Below, piece by piece: positions 8,187 through 17,979 of a stretch of DNA of 64,000 bases (position 1 is its first letter; the number at the start of each line of letters is the position of its first letter). Below the pieces are notes generated by a model. That model searched no databases, had not been told where the DNA came from, and was given only the letters and a program-made list of their open reading frames with translations. The DNA is taken from contig CANQGT010000006.1 of NCBI GenBank assembly GCA_947623505.1, positions 27,994 to 91,993 on the forward strand. The letters run 5' to 3'. A program made the translations under genes and the position numbers. This DNA is from an uncultured Clostridia bacterium. GTDB lineage: Bacteria > Bacillota > Clostridia > Oscillospirales > Acutalibacteraceae.

Positions 8187-10190
8187 ATGAAGTTTGAAAT
8201 TTTAGCTCCTGCGGGAACGTGGGAGTCGCTTGTTGCCGGTGTAAGGTGCGGCGCTGATGCGGTTTACCTTGGTTGTAAAGCGCTTAACGCCCGCCGAAGC
8301 GCCGGCAATTTTAATGATGATGAACTGAAAAACGCCGCCGCTTACTGCCGTGCCCGCGGCGTAAAGCTGTATCTTACTTTAAACACCCTTTGCGGCGACG
8401 GCGAGCTGACCGAGGCCTACGGCATTGTTGAAAACGCCCTTTCATACGGCGTTGACGCTTTTATAGTTCAGGATTTCGGCCTTGCCGAAATGATAAGAAA
8501 CTGCTTCCCGCAGGCAAGGCTTCACGCCTCAACGCAGATGAGCGTGATGAGCCCGCAGGGGGTAAAGGCGCTTGAGGATATGGGCTTTTCGCGCGCCGTT
8601 CTCGCGAGGGAACTTTCCGCCGCGGAGATTGCCGAAATAAGAGAGAATTGCGGTATCGAGCTTGAAATGTTCGTCCACGGAGCGCACTGTATGAGCGTTT
8701 CGGGGCAATGCTATATGTCTTCCGTAATCGGGGCGAGAAGCGGCAACAGAGGGCTTTGCGCTCAGCCCTGCCGCCTGCCGTTTTCGGCGGGAGACGGCCA
8801 CGGCTACGCTTTAAGCCTTAAAGATCTCAGCCTTATAGGTAAGCTTGCCGAAATAGAAAAAACGGGAGTGGTAAGTCTTAAAATAGAGGGCAGAATGAAG
8901 CGCCCCGAATACGTCGCGGCGGCGGTGACCGCTTTAAAAAAGGCGGTAAAGGGCGAATATCGCGCCGACGACGAGGAAACTCTGAAAAGCGTTTTCAGCC
9001 GAAGCGGATTTACAAGCGGTTATTTTGACGGCAGATTGGGGAAAAATATGTTCGGCGTGCGCAGAAAGGAAGACGTTACCGCGGCGGCGCCCGTTCTGAA
9101 AAACCTTTCGCGCCTTTACGAAAAAGAAAATCCTCTTGTGCCGATAGATATGGAATTTGAATGCGGGCGCGGAAAGCCGATGCTGTTGAAAGCGCGGGCG
9201 CTCGGAAAAAGCGTTGAGGTCACGGGGAGCGTTCCCGAACCCGCGCGAACAAAGGCGCTTACACAGACGGAGGCGGAGGAAAGGCTCTCAAAGCTGGGGG
9301 CAACGCAGTTTTACCCCGGCAAAATTAAAGTTGAAATCGACGGCGGTCTTAATGTTTCCGCCTCCGCGTTAAACGCGCTTCGCAGAGAGGCTGTCGAAAA
9401 GCTGACCGCCGCGGAAAAATTCAGCGTAAACGCGCTGCCTATGCCGTGTATTCTGCCGAGAGCGGTCGGAGCGGAGCCGTATTTTACGGCAAGATTTTCC
9501 GATGCGCGGCGGATACCGGCACACCACCCGTTTGCGCGTGTTTTTATACCCATATGGTCGGACGATGGGGCGTTCGGCGATCTTCACGCCGGTGTTGAGA
9601 TCCCGCGCGGCCTGTTTGGAAAAGAAAAAGAGATAACGGAAAGGCTGATTGAACTAAAAAAATCGGGAGTGAATAAAGCCCTTTGCGGAAATATCGGCTC
9701 TTACAGGCTGGCAAAGGCTCTCGGTTTTGAGGCGTTTGGCGATTTCGGGCTCAATGTTTTCAACAGTATTGCGGCGCGGAAATTCAATTCTCCGATACTG
9801 TCTTTTGAACTGAGCCTCGGGCAGGCGAACGCCGTAAATGCCGAGGATACCGGAATAATCGGCTACGGCAGGCTCCCGCTTATGCTGGCGAGAAACTGCC
9901 CCGTCAAAAACGATATAGGCTGCGTAAAATGCGGCCGAAAAGGCGCGCTGACCGACAGAACAGGCGCGCGGTTCCCCGTTGTCTGCTCGCCTTATCCGTG
10001 CGCGGAGGTGCTGAACAGCGTTCCGCTTTATATGGGCGACAGACTGCGCGATATTAAAACCGATTTCATCCATTTTTATTTTACCGACGAAAGCGCCGAA
10101 GACGTTTTGAGGATAATTTCCCTTTACAAAGCGGGTGCGAAGGCGGATTTTCCGTTTACGCGGGGACTGTATTACAGAGGAGTGAAATAA
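8187..10190 (+). CDS. U32 family Fe-S protein with DUF3656-type C-terminus (RlhA-like 23S rRNA hydroxylase)
   Basis: GADAVYLG, EMFVHGAHCMSVSGQCY...NRGLCAQPCR, SLKIEGRMK; 667 aa. Confidence 0.85.
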   Translation: MKFEILAPAGTWESLVAGVRCGADAVYLGCKALNARRSAGNFNDDELKNAAAYCRARGVKLYLTLNTLCGDGELTEAYGIVENALSYGVDAFIVQDFGLAEMIRNCFPQARLHASTQMSVMSPQGVKALEDMGFSRAVLARELSAAEIAEIRENCGIELEMFVHGAHCMSVSGQCYMSSVIGARSGNRGLCAQPCRLPFSAGDGHGYALSLKDLSLIGKLAEIEKTGVVSLKIEGRMKRPEYVAAAVTALKKAVKGEYRADDEETLKSVFSRSGFTSGYFDGRLGKNMFGVRRKEDVTAAAPVLKNLSRLYEKENPLVPIDMEFECGRGKPMLLKARALGKSVEVTGSVPEPARTKALTQTEAEERLSKLGATQFYPGKIKVEIDGGLNVSASALNALRREAVEKLTAAEKFSVNALPMPCILPRAVGAEPYFTARFSDARRIPAHHPFARVFIPIWSDDGAFGDLHAGVEIPRGLFGKEKEITERLIELKKSGVNKALCGNIGSYRLAKALGFEAFGDFGLNVFNSIAARKFNSPILSFELSLGQANAVNAEDTGIIGYGRLPLMLARNCPVKNDIGCVKCGRKGALTDRTGARFPVVCSPYPCAEVLNSVPLYMGDRLRDIKTDFIHFYFTDESAEDVLRIISLYKAGAKADFPFTRGLYYRGVK

Positions 10191-10744
10191 TGCTTGTTTT
10201 GGCGTCAAAATCTCCGAGAAGGAAGGAGCTTCTCGGCCTTATCACAAAAAATTTTTCGGTTAAAAGCGCCGAGGCGGACGAGACTCTGCCGTCGGGGATA
10301 GAACCCGAAAACGCCGTTCTTTATCTTTCAAAACTCAAGGCGCTTCCGCTTAAAAACGACCGCGACGTTATAATCGGCGCCGACACGGTGGTGGCCGTTG
10401 ACGGCTCAATACTCGGAAAACCCGCCGACGACGGCGAGGCGTTTGAAATGCTGAGGAGATTAAGCGGCAGGGTGCATTCCGTTTTCACGGGAGTAACCCT
10501 TGTTTGGCCGGGCGGGGAAAAATCGTTTTATAAAGAGACAAAGGTGAGATTTTACGACCTTTCGGAAAGTGAAATCAAAAACTACATAAAAACCGGCGAA
10601 TGCCGCGATAAAGCGGGGGCGTACGGAATACAGGGCTTCGGCTCTCTGCTCGTGAAGGGAATAGAGGGCGATTATTTCAACGTCGTGGGGCTTCCCGTTG
10701 CCGAATTGTACCGTGAGCTTTGCAAATTGCGGGATTTTTGGTAA
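10190..10744 (+). CDS. maf: Maf-family nucleoside triphosphate pyrophosphatase
   Basis: LASKSPRRKELL, IGADTVV, GKP, DKAGAYGIQG, NVVGLP. Confidence 0.95.
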   Translation: MLVLASKSPRRKELLGLITKNFSVKSAEADETLPSGIEPENAVLYLSKLKALPLKNDRDVIIGADTVVAVDGSILGKPADDGEAFEMLRRLSGRVHSVFTGVTLVWPGGEKSFYKETKVRFYDLSESEIKNYIKTGECRDKAGAYGIQGFGSLLVKGIEGDYFNVVGLPVAELYRELCKLRDFW

Positions 10745-10884
10745 AATTAACAGAATTTTTCAATGTTTTCTTGTATATTGCGACGAATTTTGTGAAACTT
10801 ATGACTTGAAACATTATTTTAAAAATGCTAATATATAAGTATAAAGGGCCAAATGCCTTTCACAATATTTAAAGGAGGATAGTT

Positions 10885-11778
10885 ATGGCAGCAGATCTGC
10901 ATTGTCATACTAAGCTTAGCGATGGTTCCGTAGGAATTGAGGATTTGATAGTAATAGCGCAGAAAAGCGGCATAGATACTATAGCTATTACGGATCACGA
11001 TTGCCTTGCCGGCACGGTAAGGGGGCAGGTAATAGGCAAACGGTACGGCGTTACGGTCATATCGGGTGTTGAAATATCCGCTTTTGATTTTGAGGCGGGC
11101 AAAAAAGTGCATATTCTCAGCTATCTCGCCGACGCTCCCGATCGGCTTGAGGCCGTGTGCAGGCACACTTCCGTGGCAAGAAAAAGAGCCGGCCAGATAA
11201 TGATGCTGAAGGTGGCGAGCCGCTTCCCGATAACGGGCGATTTTATAATCAATCACGCTTCGGGCTCAACAAATCTTTTTAAGCAGCATATTATGCACGC
11301 GCTTATGGACGCGGGATATACGGACAGAATATTCGGGGATCTCTATCACGCTCTGTTTGATCCCACAAGCGAGACTAACGTCCTCGCCCCGACGAAGTAT
11401 CAAAGCGTTGAAAAGGTTATAGAGGAGATACATGGAGCGGGCGGAATAGCCGTTCTTGCCCACCCGATAGCGTTCGATAATGTTGACGAGATAAAAAAAT
11501 ACGTTGATATGGGGCTCGACGGAGTTGAGGTTTGGCACCCGTCCGCGAGCGAGGAAGATATAAATATGCTCTCCGATATTTGCAAAAAGAATAAGCTGCT
11601 TATGACGGGCGGCTCGGATTTCCACGGTATTTACGGCGCGAAAACGGTCACTCTCGGCGCGTGCTCCACTCCTAAGGAGCATCTCGAAAAGCTGCTGAAT
11701 TACAAAGCCAGAAAAAAGCGCGCCGAAAGAAAAGCCGAAAAAGAGGCCGCCGCGAGGGCAACGGAAATGACCGCGTAA
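10885..11778 (+). CDS. PHP-domain phosphoesterase (TrpH/YciV-like)
   Basis: DLHCHTKLSDG, AITDHD, GVEIS, LAHP, GGSDFHG. Confidence 0.9.
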   Translation: MAADLHCHTKLSDGSVGIEDLIVIAQKSGIDTIAITDHDCLAGTVRGQVIGKRYGVTVISGVEISAFDFEAGKKVHILSYLADAPDRLEAVCRHTSVARKRAGQIMMLKVASRFPITGDFIINHASGSTNLFKQHIMHALMDAGYTDRIFGDLYHALFDPTSETNVLAPTKYQSVEKVIEEIHGAGGIAVLAHPIAFDNVDEIKKYVDMGLDGVEVWHPSASEEDINMLSDICKKNKLLMTGGSDFHGIYGAKTVTLGACSTPKEHLEKLLNYKARKKRAERKAEKEAAARATEMTA

Positions 11779-11791
11779 TTTAAACAAATCA

Positions 11792-11835
11792 AAAAAATTC
11801 CGACTTATGCCTTTTCGGCGGGGCCGGAATTTTTT
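11792..11835 (+). terminator. Intrinsic terminator after the PHP gene
   Basis: aaaaaattccg ... cggaatttttt inverted repeat. Confidence 0.7.
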
Positions 11836-11926
11836 GTTGACTTTGGCGCGGCGCAGTATATAATTATCTTGTTAAGGCGGCGCGGTCACAACCGCCGTTT
11901 TAAAAAATAACGAGAGGTAATTTTTT

Positions 11927-13234
11927 ATGAAAAAAACGCTTGCAAAGACTCCTCCCTTGGGATGGAACAGCTGGGATTGCTTCGGTGCGGCGGTGAATGA
12001 ACGGCAGCTGCGAGAAAACGCCGACTATATGGCGAAATATCTAAAGCCATACGGTTGGGAATATATAGTATGCGATATACAGTGGTATGAGCCGAACGCT
12101 AAAAGCAACGATTACAACAATTTTACCGAGCTGAATATGGACGGTTACGGCAGGCTTATGCCCGCCGAAAACAGATTTCCGAGCGCCGCGGGCGGCAAAG
12201 GATTTGAGGAAATAGCCGATTACTGCCATTCCCTCGGTTTGAAATTCGGAATACATATAATGCGGGGAGTTCCGCGCGGCGCCGTTCACGCGAATCTGCC
12301 GATAAAGGGAAGTAAGAGCACTTGCCGCGATATCGCCCATCATTTTTCGGTGTGCTCTTGGAACACGGATATGTACGGCTGCAAAAACTGCGCCGCCGCG
12401 CAGGAGTATTACGATTCGATATTTGAGCTCTACGCCTCGTGGGGAGTGGATTTCATAAAATGCGATGATATTTGCGTAACGGAATTCAGGCGGTGGGATA
12501 ACCCGTATTCCGCCGATTACGAGATAGAAATGATACGAAAAGCGATAGACGGCTGCGGGCGCGATATGGTGCTTTCGCTTTCGCCCGGCCCCGCGAGCGT
12601 AAAAAACGCCGCTCATCTCTCAAAAAACGCGAATATGTGGAGAATGACGGGCGATTTTTGGGACGATTGGGGCAAGCTGCACGATATGTTTGACCGCTGC
12701 AAAGAATGGCAGGGATATGTAAAAAGCGGAAATTGGCCCGATTGCGATATGCTGCCGCTCGGCAGACTCGCCAAAAACGCCCCCTGCCACGGAGCGGCGA
12801 ACAGATTCACAAAGTTTACAAAGCCCGAGCAGATAACGATGATGACGCTCTGGGGAATTTTCAGAAGTCCTCTTATGTTCGGAGGCAATATGCCGGAAAA
12901 CGACGATTGGACTCTTTCGCTGCTCACAAACGAAGAGTTTCTCAAAATGCACCGCGCCTCGCACGGAGCGTATGAATATTTAAGAAACGAGAAAAAAGGC
13001 AGGGGAACGGTCGTCTGGGTAAGCAACGGCAAAAATTGCAAATATGCAGCGCTTTTCAACACCGATGACAAAGAAAGAAGCGTATCCGCCGATTTGAGCG
13101 AAATTCTTATGCCCGGCACGGCCTATAAGGCATACGATATTTGGGAAAAATCAGACGCGGGCGAATTTGCGGGAAAGCTTAAAGCAAGGGTAAGCCCTCA
13201 CGGAGTGCGCCTGTTCAAAATAACGGAAAAATAA
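11927..13234 (+). CDS. Glycoside hydrolase family 27 (alpha-galactosidase / beta-L-arabinopyranosidase-like), no signal peptide
   Basis: TPPLGWNSWD, YIVCDIQWY, VDFIKCDD (nucleophile Asp), WRMTGDFWD (acid/base Asp), WPDCDMLPLG, C-terminal beta-sandwich. Confidence 0.92.
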   Translation: MKKTLAKTPPLGWNSWDCFGAAVNERQLRENADYMAKYLKPYGWEYIVCDIQWYEPNAKSNDYNNFTELNMDGYGRLMPAENRFPSAAGGKGFEEIADYCHSLGLKFGIHIMRGVPRGAVHANLPIKGSKSTCRDIAHHFSVCSWNTDMYGCKNCAAAQEYYDSIFELYASWGVDFIKCDDICVTEFRRWDNPYSADYEIEMIRKAIDGCGRDMVLSLSPGPASVKNAAHLSKNANMWRMTGDFWDDWGKLHDMFDRCKEWQGYVKSGNWPDCDMLPLGRLAKNAPCHGAANRFTKFTKPEQITMMTLWGIFRSPLMFGGNMPENDDWTLSLLTNEEFLKMHRASHGAYEYLRNEKKGRGTVVWVSNGKNCKYAALFNTDDKERSVSADLSEILMPGTAYKAYDIWEKSDAGEFAGKLKARVSPHGVRLFKITEK

Positions 13235-13276
13235 AAACAATGCGGCGCTCGGCTTTCCGAGCGCCGCATTGTTTTT
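13233..13276 (+). terminator. Strong intrinsic terminator after GH27
   Basis: Perfect 20-bp stem aaaaacaatgcggcgctcgg / ccgagcgccgcattgttttt with a 4-nt loop. Confidence 0.9.
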
Positions 13277-13421
13277 GCCTGATATTATTTGATTTAAGCC
13301 GAAATTTATTACAGATTGAAAAAAATATATAAAAAAACTATAAAAAATCGAAAAAAATAGTGCAATTTTAATAACGCTGTGTTAAAATATTAAAAATACA
13401 CAAATTGAAAGGGGTTTGTTT

Positions 13422-15233
13422 ATGGCAAACAAGTTGGCTTCGTCAGCGGGCAAACTATTTACCGATATTAAAACGCACTGGAAAACTCCGGCGCCGGGAA
13501 AGTATGTTCCCTACAGGGAATATGCCGACATACTTATCGGAAACGGCAGCAACTATGTTGCAAGTAAAACTTTGGAATATCTCCAATTTGCCGCAAGCTG
13601 CTATCTGATGATGTATCATTACAAGCTGCCCTACCTCACGTTCTCTATAATCGCGCTTATCAATATGCCGCTCAATTATATCTGGACGATGATGGGCTGG
13701 GTAATCAACGACAATCTCGGCTTTCTGCCGAAAAAAACGGAGCGAAAATTCAATTTCGTTTATATCGCGCTCATTGTGATAGGTTTGTCGATGGTTATCG
13801 GCGATTATTCGCAGCTGTTTGATCAATCAAGTAAATTTATTACATATCTTAACGGTCTTGAAGGCATAAACGCCATCGCGGCGTTTAAGATACTCGGCAC
13901 GCACATTCTTTGGAACGGCTGGTCGGGCGCCAGAAATATTTTCTACCGCAAAAAACTCATTCCGAAATTCGGAAGATATAAATATTCGCTCTATTGCGAT
14001 TATCTCCCGAAAGTTATTATGGTATTCCTTCTCGGTTGGCTTCCGTTTTACACCACTATTACGGATGTTCCCACAAGAGTTTGGGTTGCGAACCTTCTGT
14101 TCTCGATTTACAATCTGTTCGGCGGATTCGCCGTCAATGTATGCAATCTTGAAACCTGCGCGCAAAACTGCAGTCCCAATGTTCGCGAAAGGATTTTCGT
14201 AAGAACATGGCCCATCAAGTTTTCGCATTTCGCGCAGTCCATACTCGGCATAGTTCTTCCCGTATTTATCGGTATGACAAAAGACGAGTGGGCAGATATA
14301 GCGGTGTTCAAGTGGATAATTCCGTTCACTTTCCTCGTATCATCTACTCTCACAATGATTTTCGCGGGCAGGATAAAAGAAAGAATACCTCAGCCGCCGT
14401 TGGAGAAAAAGGTCGGAATAAGTTTCTGGAACGGTATGTTCGGCGTTATGAGGAACAAATACAAATGGATTCAAACGATCGTCGGCCTTTTGGATTCCCT
14501 CGGAAACGGTATGCTTGCCTTTACAACCGTTTTGTATCTCTATACGTTCCGACTGAGCGGTCTGCCCTACAGCCTGATCGTTGCGCTTATATCGTTTGCC
14601 GGAACCCCCCCGGATTTGTTCACGCCTTATTTCATAAAGAAGTTTACATATAAGCAGATTATGATATTCTTCCAGCTGTCAAGGGCGATAAGCTACACGA
14701 TAGTTGTTTTGGCCTACATTTTCTGCGGAGATAATCTGAATCTCTGCGGCACGATATGCGTTATCGTCCTGTTTATAACGGAGATGTTCCAAACGGTGCC
14801 CAAGTCGGTAAGCCACGATATGGACGTCCGTGTAAACGACTATCAGATGTATCTTTCCGGCGAAAGGCTCGAAAGCTTCTCCGGCGTATTCGGATGGTTC
14901 ACCGGTCCCATCACCTCTTTTGTAGGTCTTATTATCCCTCTTCTTCTTCTGAGATTCGGCTTCAGCAGTAACTGGGACGTTTTGTTCATAGATTCAACAA
15001 GAATCAAGATAATAGTTGTGCCCATCATCTTTGATATAGTCGGTTATCTGCTTATGACTATACCTTATCTTATTTGGGATTACGACGATGATAAGCAAAA
15101 TAAGGTTATTCAGGTTTTGAGGCGCAGAGAAGAGGTTACTCGAAAACAGTTTGAGGCGTCCGATTCGGATAAGAGCGACAGCGAGGCGCTGCCCGCCGAA
15201 GCTCAAACAGAAACAGCGGAGGTGACGTCATGA
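13422..15233 (+). CDS. MFS transporter, glycoside-pentoside-hexuronide (GPH)-like, unusually long
   Basis: About 603 aa with many hydrophobic helices; NVRERIFV loop and C-terminal YLIWDYDDDK resemble GPH symporters; ATG after AAGGGG. Confidence 0.75.
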   Translation: MANKLASSAGKLFTDIKTHWKTPAPGKYVPYREYADILIGNGSNYVASKTLEYLQFAASCYLMMYHYKLPYLTFSIIALINMPLNYIWTMMGWVINDNLGFLPKKTERKFNFVYIALIVIGLSMVIGDYSQLFDQSSKFITYLNGLEGINAIAAFKILGTHILWNGWSGARNIFYRKKLIPKFGRYKYSLYCDYLPKVIMVFLLGWLPFYTTITDVPTRVWVANLLFSIYNLFGGFAVNVCNLETCAQNCSPNVRERIFVRTWPIKFSHFAQSILGIVLPVFIGMTKDEWADIAVFKWIIPFTFLVSSTLTMIFAGRIKERIPQPPLEKKVGISFWNGMFGVMRNKYKWIQTIVGLLDSLGNGMLAFTTVLYLYTFRLSGLPYSLIVALISFAGTPPDLFTPYFIKKFTYKQIMIFFQLSRAISYTIVVLAYIFCGDNLNLCGTICVIVLFITEMFQTVPKSVSHDMDVRVNDYQMYLSGERLESFSGVFGWFTGPITSFVGLIIPLLLLRFGFSSNWDVLFIDSTRIKIIVVPIIFDIVGYLLMTIPYLIWDYDDDKQNKVIQVLRRREEVTRKQFEASDSDKSDSEALPAEAQTETAEVTS

Positions 15234-16483
15234 GTTCCGAAAAGAAAAAAGCCAAGGCAAAAAAATCGAATGACGATTTCCTTGCCCAAGAGGCTAAGGA
15301 AAGCCAGCAGACGGCGGAGGCCTATACTATTGATATTCCCGAAGACGAAATTTGGACTTATCAGATAGACGGTCTTCAAAAGCCGCTGATAAATCAGCCG
15401 TATAAAAACGCGACGGTTAAAAAGATAGTAGTCGTTGTGGCGCTTGTTATCGCCATCGGCGTTGCGATATGGCTTTCGGTGCGCGCCGTGCATTCCGACC
15501 CGTATCAGTACAAGGCGCTGGACGACGGCACTTATGAACTTGTAAAATATTCAAATCCGGGCGGCGTAACCGAGCTCACGGTAGATTACGTTGTTGACAA
15601 CAAGACCGGCGAAAAAGATACGACGAAGCCGATTTCCCGGATTTCGGCGTTCGCGTTCAACTGCGATGAAGTCCTCAACGAGATAACGTTCGGAAAAGAC
15701 GTCAATTTTATAGACGGAAAATCGATTTACAGCTGCTGGTGGGTGCGCAACGTTTGGATAGATGACGCGAACCCGAATTACTGCGATATCGACGGCGTTA
15801 TTTACAATAAGGACCTGACAGAGGTGGTTTTCTATCCCAACGACCACGATAAATATATAAGGGCGCAGACGGGATACGACAATCTGCTTGATGATCAGGG
15901 CAATCCAATGGAGGAGCTTTGGGGCGTTACCGAAAGATACGACGAGGCGTTTTTCAACGAATACAATAAGGTTGTAAGAACTTATGTCGTTCCCTCCACC
16001 GTAACAAAAATCGGCGAGCTCGCGTTTGCGTATTCAAATATTACCGATCTTTATATTCCCGAGGGAGTTAAAGAAATGGGCAATATGGCAGTGTTCAAAA
16101 ACACCGAGCTCTGCAACGTTTACAGCTACACCACCGATAAGCCCATAACCGACGTCACCTATAAGTCGATAGACGGTATGAAAACGGTTTACAATTCTCT
16201 GCCCGAAGGGCTTGAGAGTATCGGCAGCGACTGCTTTTACTATTGCAGAAAGCTTTCGTATATGTATATTCCGTCTTCCGTTACCTATATAGGCCACCAT
16301 GCTTTTTGGGACGCCTGCTATAAGGAAGGCGACGAGATTAAGGGAATAAACGTTATGAACGTTGCCGCCGACGAGGATACTTTCAAAGATAAGACCGAAA
16401 CGGGCGACAGCTGGCGTCCGCAGTACGACTATATGCTGTTCAAGAAAACGATAGACACCAATTTCGGAGCCGCAAGGCAGTAA
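15230..16483 (+). CDS. Single-pass membrane protein with extracellular BspA-type leucine-rich repeats
   Basis: Charged N-terminus, TM IVVVVALVIAIGVAIWLSV, repeats such as VPSTVTKIGELAF, LPEGLESIGSDCF, IPSSVTYIGHHAF; ATGA overlap with the MFS stop. Confidence 0.8.
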   Translation: MSSEKKKAKAKKSNDDFLAQEAKESQQTAEAYTIDIPEDEIWTYQIDGLQKPLINQPYKNATVKKIVVVVALVIAIGVAIWLSVRAVHSDPYQYKALDDGTYELVKYSNPGGVTELTVDYVVDNKTGEKDTTKPISRISAFAFNCDEVLNEITFGKDVNFIDGKSIYSCWWVRNVWIDDANPNYCDIDGVIYNKDLTEVVFYPNDHDKYIRAQTGYDNLLDDQGNPMEELWGVTERYDEAFFNEYNKVVRTYVVPSTVTKIGELAFAYSNITDLYIPEGVKEMGNMAVFKNTELCNVYSYTTDKPITDVTYKSIDGMKTVYNSLPEGLESIGSDCFYYCRKLSYMYIPSSVTYIGHHAFWDACYKEGDEIKGINVMNVAADEDTFKDKTETGDSWRPQYDYMLFKKTIDTNFGAARQ

Positions 16484-16499
16484 AACCGCATAAAAACAA

Positions 16500-16534
16500 C
16501 AGGCAGATTTCCTTTCGGAGTCTGCCTGCTTTTT
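16500..16534. terminator. Terminator between convergent LRR and MATE genes
   Basis: caggcagatttcc / ggagtctgcctg followed by a T tract. Confidence 0.75.
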
Positions 16535-16555
16535 AGTATATTGCGGTAAATATAT

Positions 16556-17932
16556 TCAGCTTTGCGGATAATATTCCGGATCTTTCTTGATTTTCGCGTT
16601 TATGATGGCGAACATTGCCGCCGCGAGAATAACGCATGCGAGATCGGCAACCGGCTGAGCGAATACGATGCCGTCAAAGCCGATGTACTTACTCATTATC
16701 ACAAGCAGAGGAAGAAAAACGAGGCCCTGCCGCCCGAGGGAGATAACAAGGCTCGGCAGCGATCTGCCCATTCCCTGAAACGCGAAATTATAGGTGAACA
16801 TAATTCCGAGGAACGGTCCGGAAATCATAAGCGCTCTTAAAATCTTAACGCCGTAATCGGTTACTTCGGCGTTGTGCTCGCCGTTGAAAACGTTTATTAT
16901 CTGGGGCGCGAATACTATATACAGCGCCGAAAGCACCGTTCCTATTATCACGGTGCACATCATCGTAAAGCGCATCGCTTTTTTAAGGCGGCGCATATTT
17001 TTCGCACCGTAGGAATAGCCGATAAGCGGCTGAATGCCAACGCCGATTCCCATTTGAACAAAGGCGATAAGCATATTCACTTTCATCGCTATTCCGAGCG
17101 CCGCAACGGCGGATTCGCCGTAATCCTTTATAAAATTGTTTAAAATAATATTGGAAAAGCTCATCAGCAGGTTGTTTATTGCGGCGGGTATCCCGATGGG
17201 AATAACGTTTCTCGCTATTCCGTCGTTTACCGCGAAACGCCTGGGATTGCAGGATAATATCGAATTGCCCCTCATAAGATAAACGGCATAATATACCACC
17301 GATGCGAAATTGCCTATAACCGTGGCTATCGCCGCGCCCGCAACGCCCATATCCATGCTCAGAATCATTATCGGGTCAAGAATAATATTCGTTATGGTGC
17401 CTATCATCATTCCCGTCATCGATTCTTTTGCCGCGCCCTCGCCGCGCACAAGGTTTCCCGCGGTTATGGAGGTCACGATAACAGGGCCGCCGAGCGCTAT
17501 ATATTTAAGGTAGCCGTAGGCGAAATCATAAACCTCGTCGCTTGTTGAGCCGAGCATATTTATAAGCGGTTTTATAAATATCAGTATAAGCGCGAGTACA
17601 AGCGCGCCCGAAAAGATAGAGGAAAAAACGGCAAACGAGCTTATCTTTTTTACCTTGCTTTTATTTCCCTCGCCCATGGAGCGCGAAACGTAGGCAGAGC
17701 CGCCAACGCCGAAAATGTTGCCGAACGCCACGAAAAATAAAAACACCGGCATTGTAAGCGAAACGGCGGCGGTGGCGTTCGTATTTTTCATAAGGCTTAC
17801 AAAATAAGTGTCCGCCATATTATATATAACGTTTACAATGCTTGAAAGCACGGACGGAACCGAGAGCGCCGCCACGGCCTTGGGTATGGGATATGAGGAA
17901 AAAATCCTCTCCCTTTTTTCTTTAGATGCCAT
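16556..17932 (-). CDS. MATE family efflux transporter
   Basis: 458 aa, about 12 TMs, NMADTYFVS, GVGGSAYVSRSMGE, NIILDPI, GIQPLIGYSYGA. Confidence 0.93.
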   Translation of the reverse strand: MASKEKRERIFSSYPIPKAVAALSVPSVLSSIVNVIYNMADTYFVSLMKNTNATAAVSLTMPVFLFFVAFGNIFGVGGSAYVSRSMGEGNKSKVKKISSFAVFSSIFSGALVLALILIFIKPLINMLGSTSDEVYDFAYGYLKYIALGGPVIVTSITAGNLVRGEGAAKESMTGMMIGTITNIILDPIMILSMDMGVAGAAIATVIGNFASVVYYAVYLMRGNSILSCNPRRFAVNDGIARNVIPIGIPAAINNLLMSFSNIILNNFIKDYGESAVAALGIAMKVNMLIAFVQMGIGVGIQPLIGYSYGAKNMRRLKKAMRFTMMCTVIIGTVLSALYIVFAPQIINVFNGEHNAEVTDYGVKILRALMISGPFLGIMFTYNFAFQGMGRSLPSLVISLGRQGLVFLPLLVIMSKYIGFDGIVFAQPVADLACVILAAAMFAIINAKIKKDPEYYPQS

Positions 17933-17979
17933 TAAATCTTATCCTCCAAAAGCGGCTGAAAGGTTTGCCGCTTTAAATA

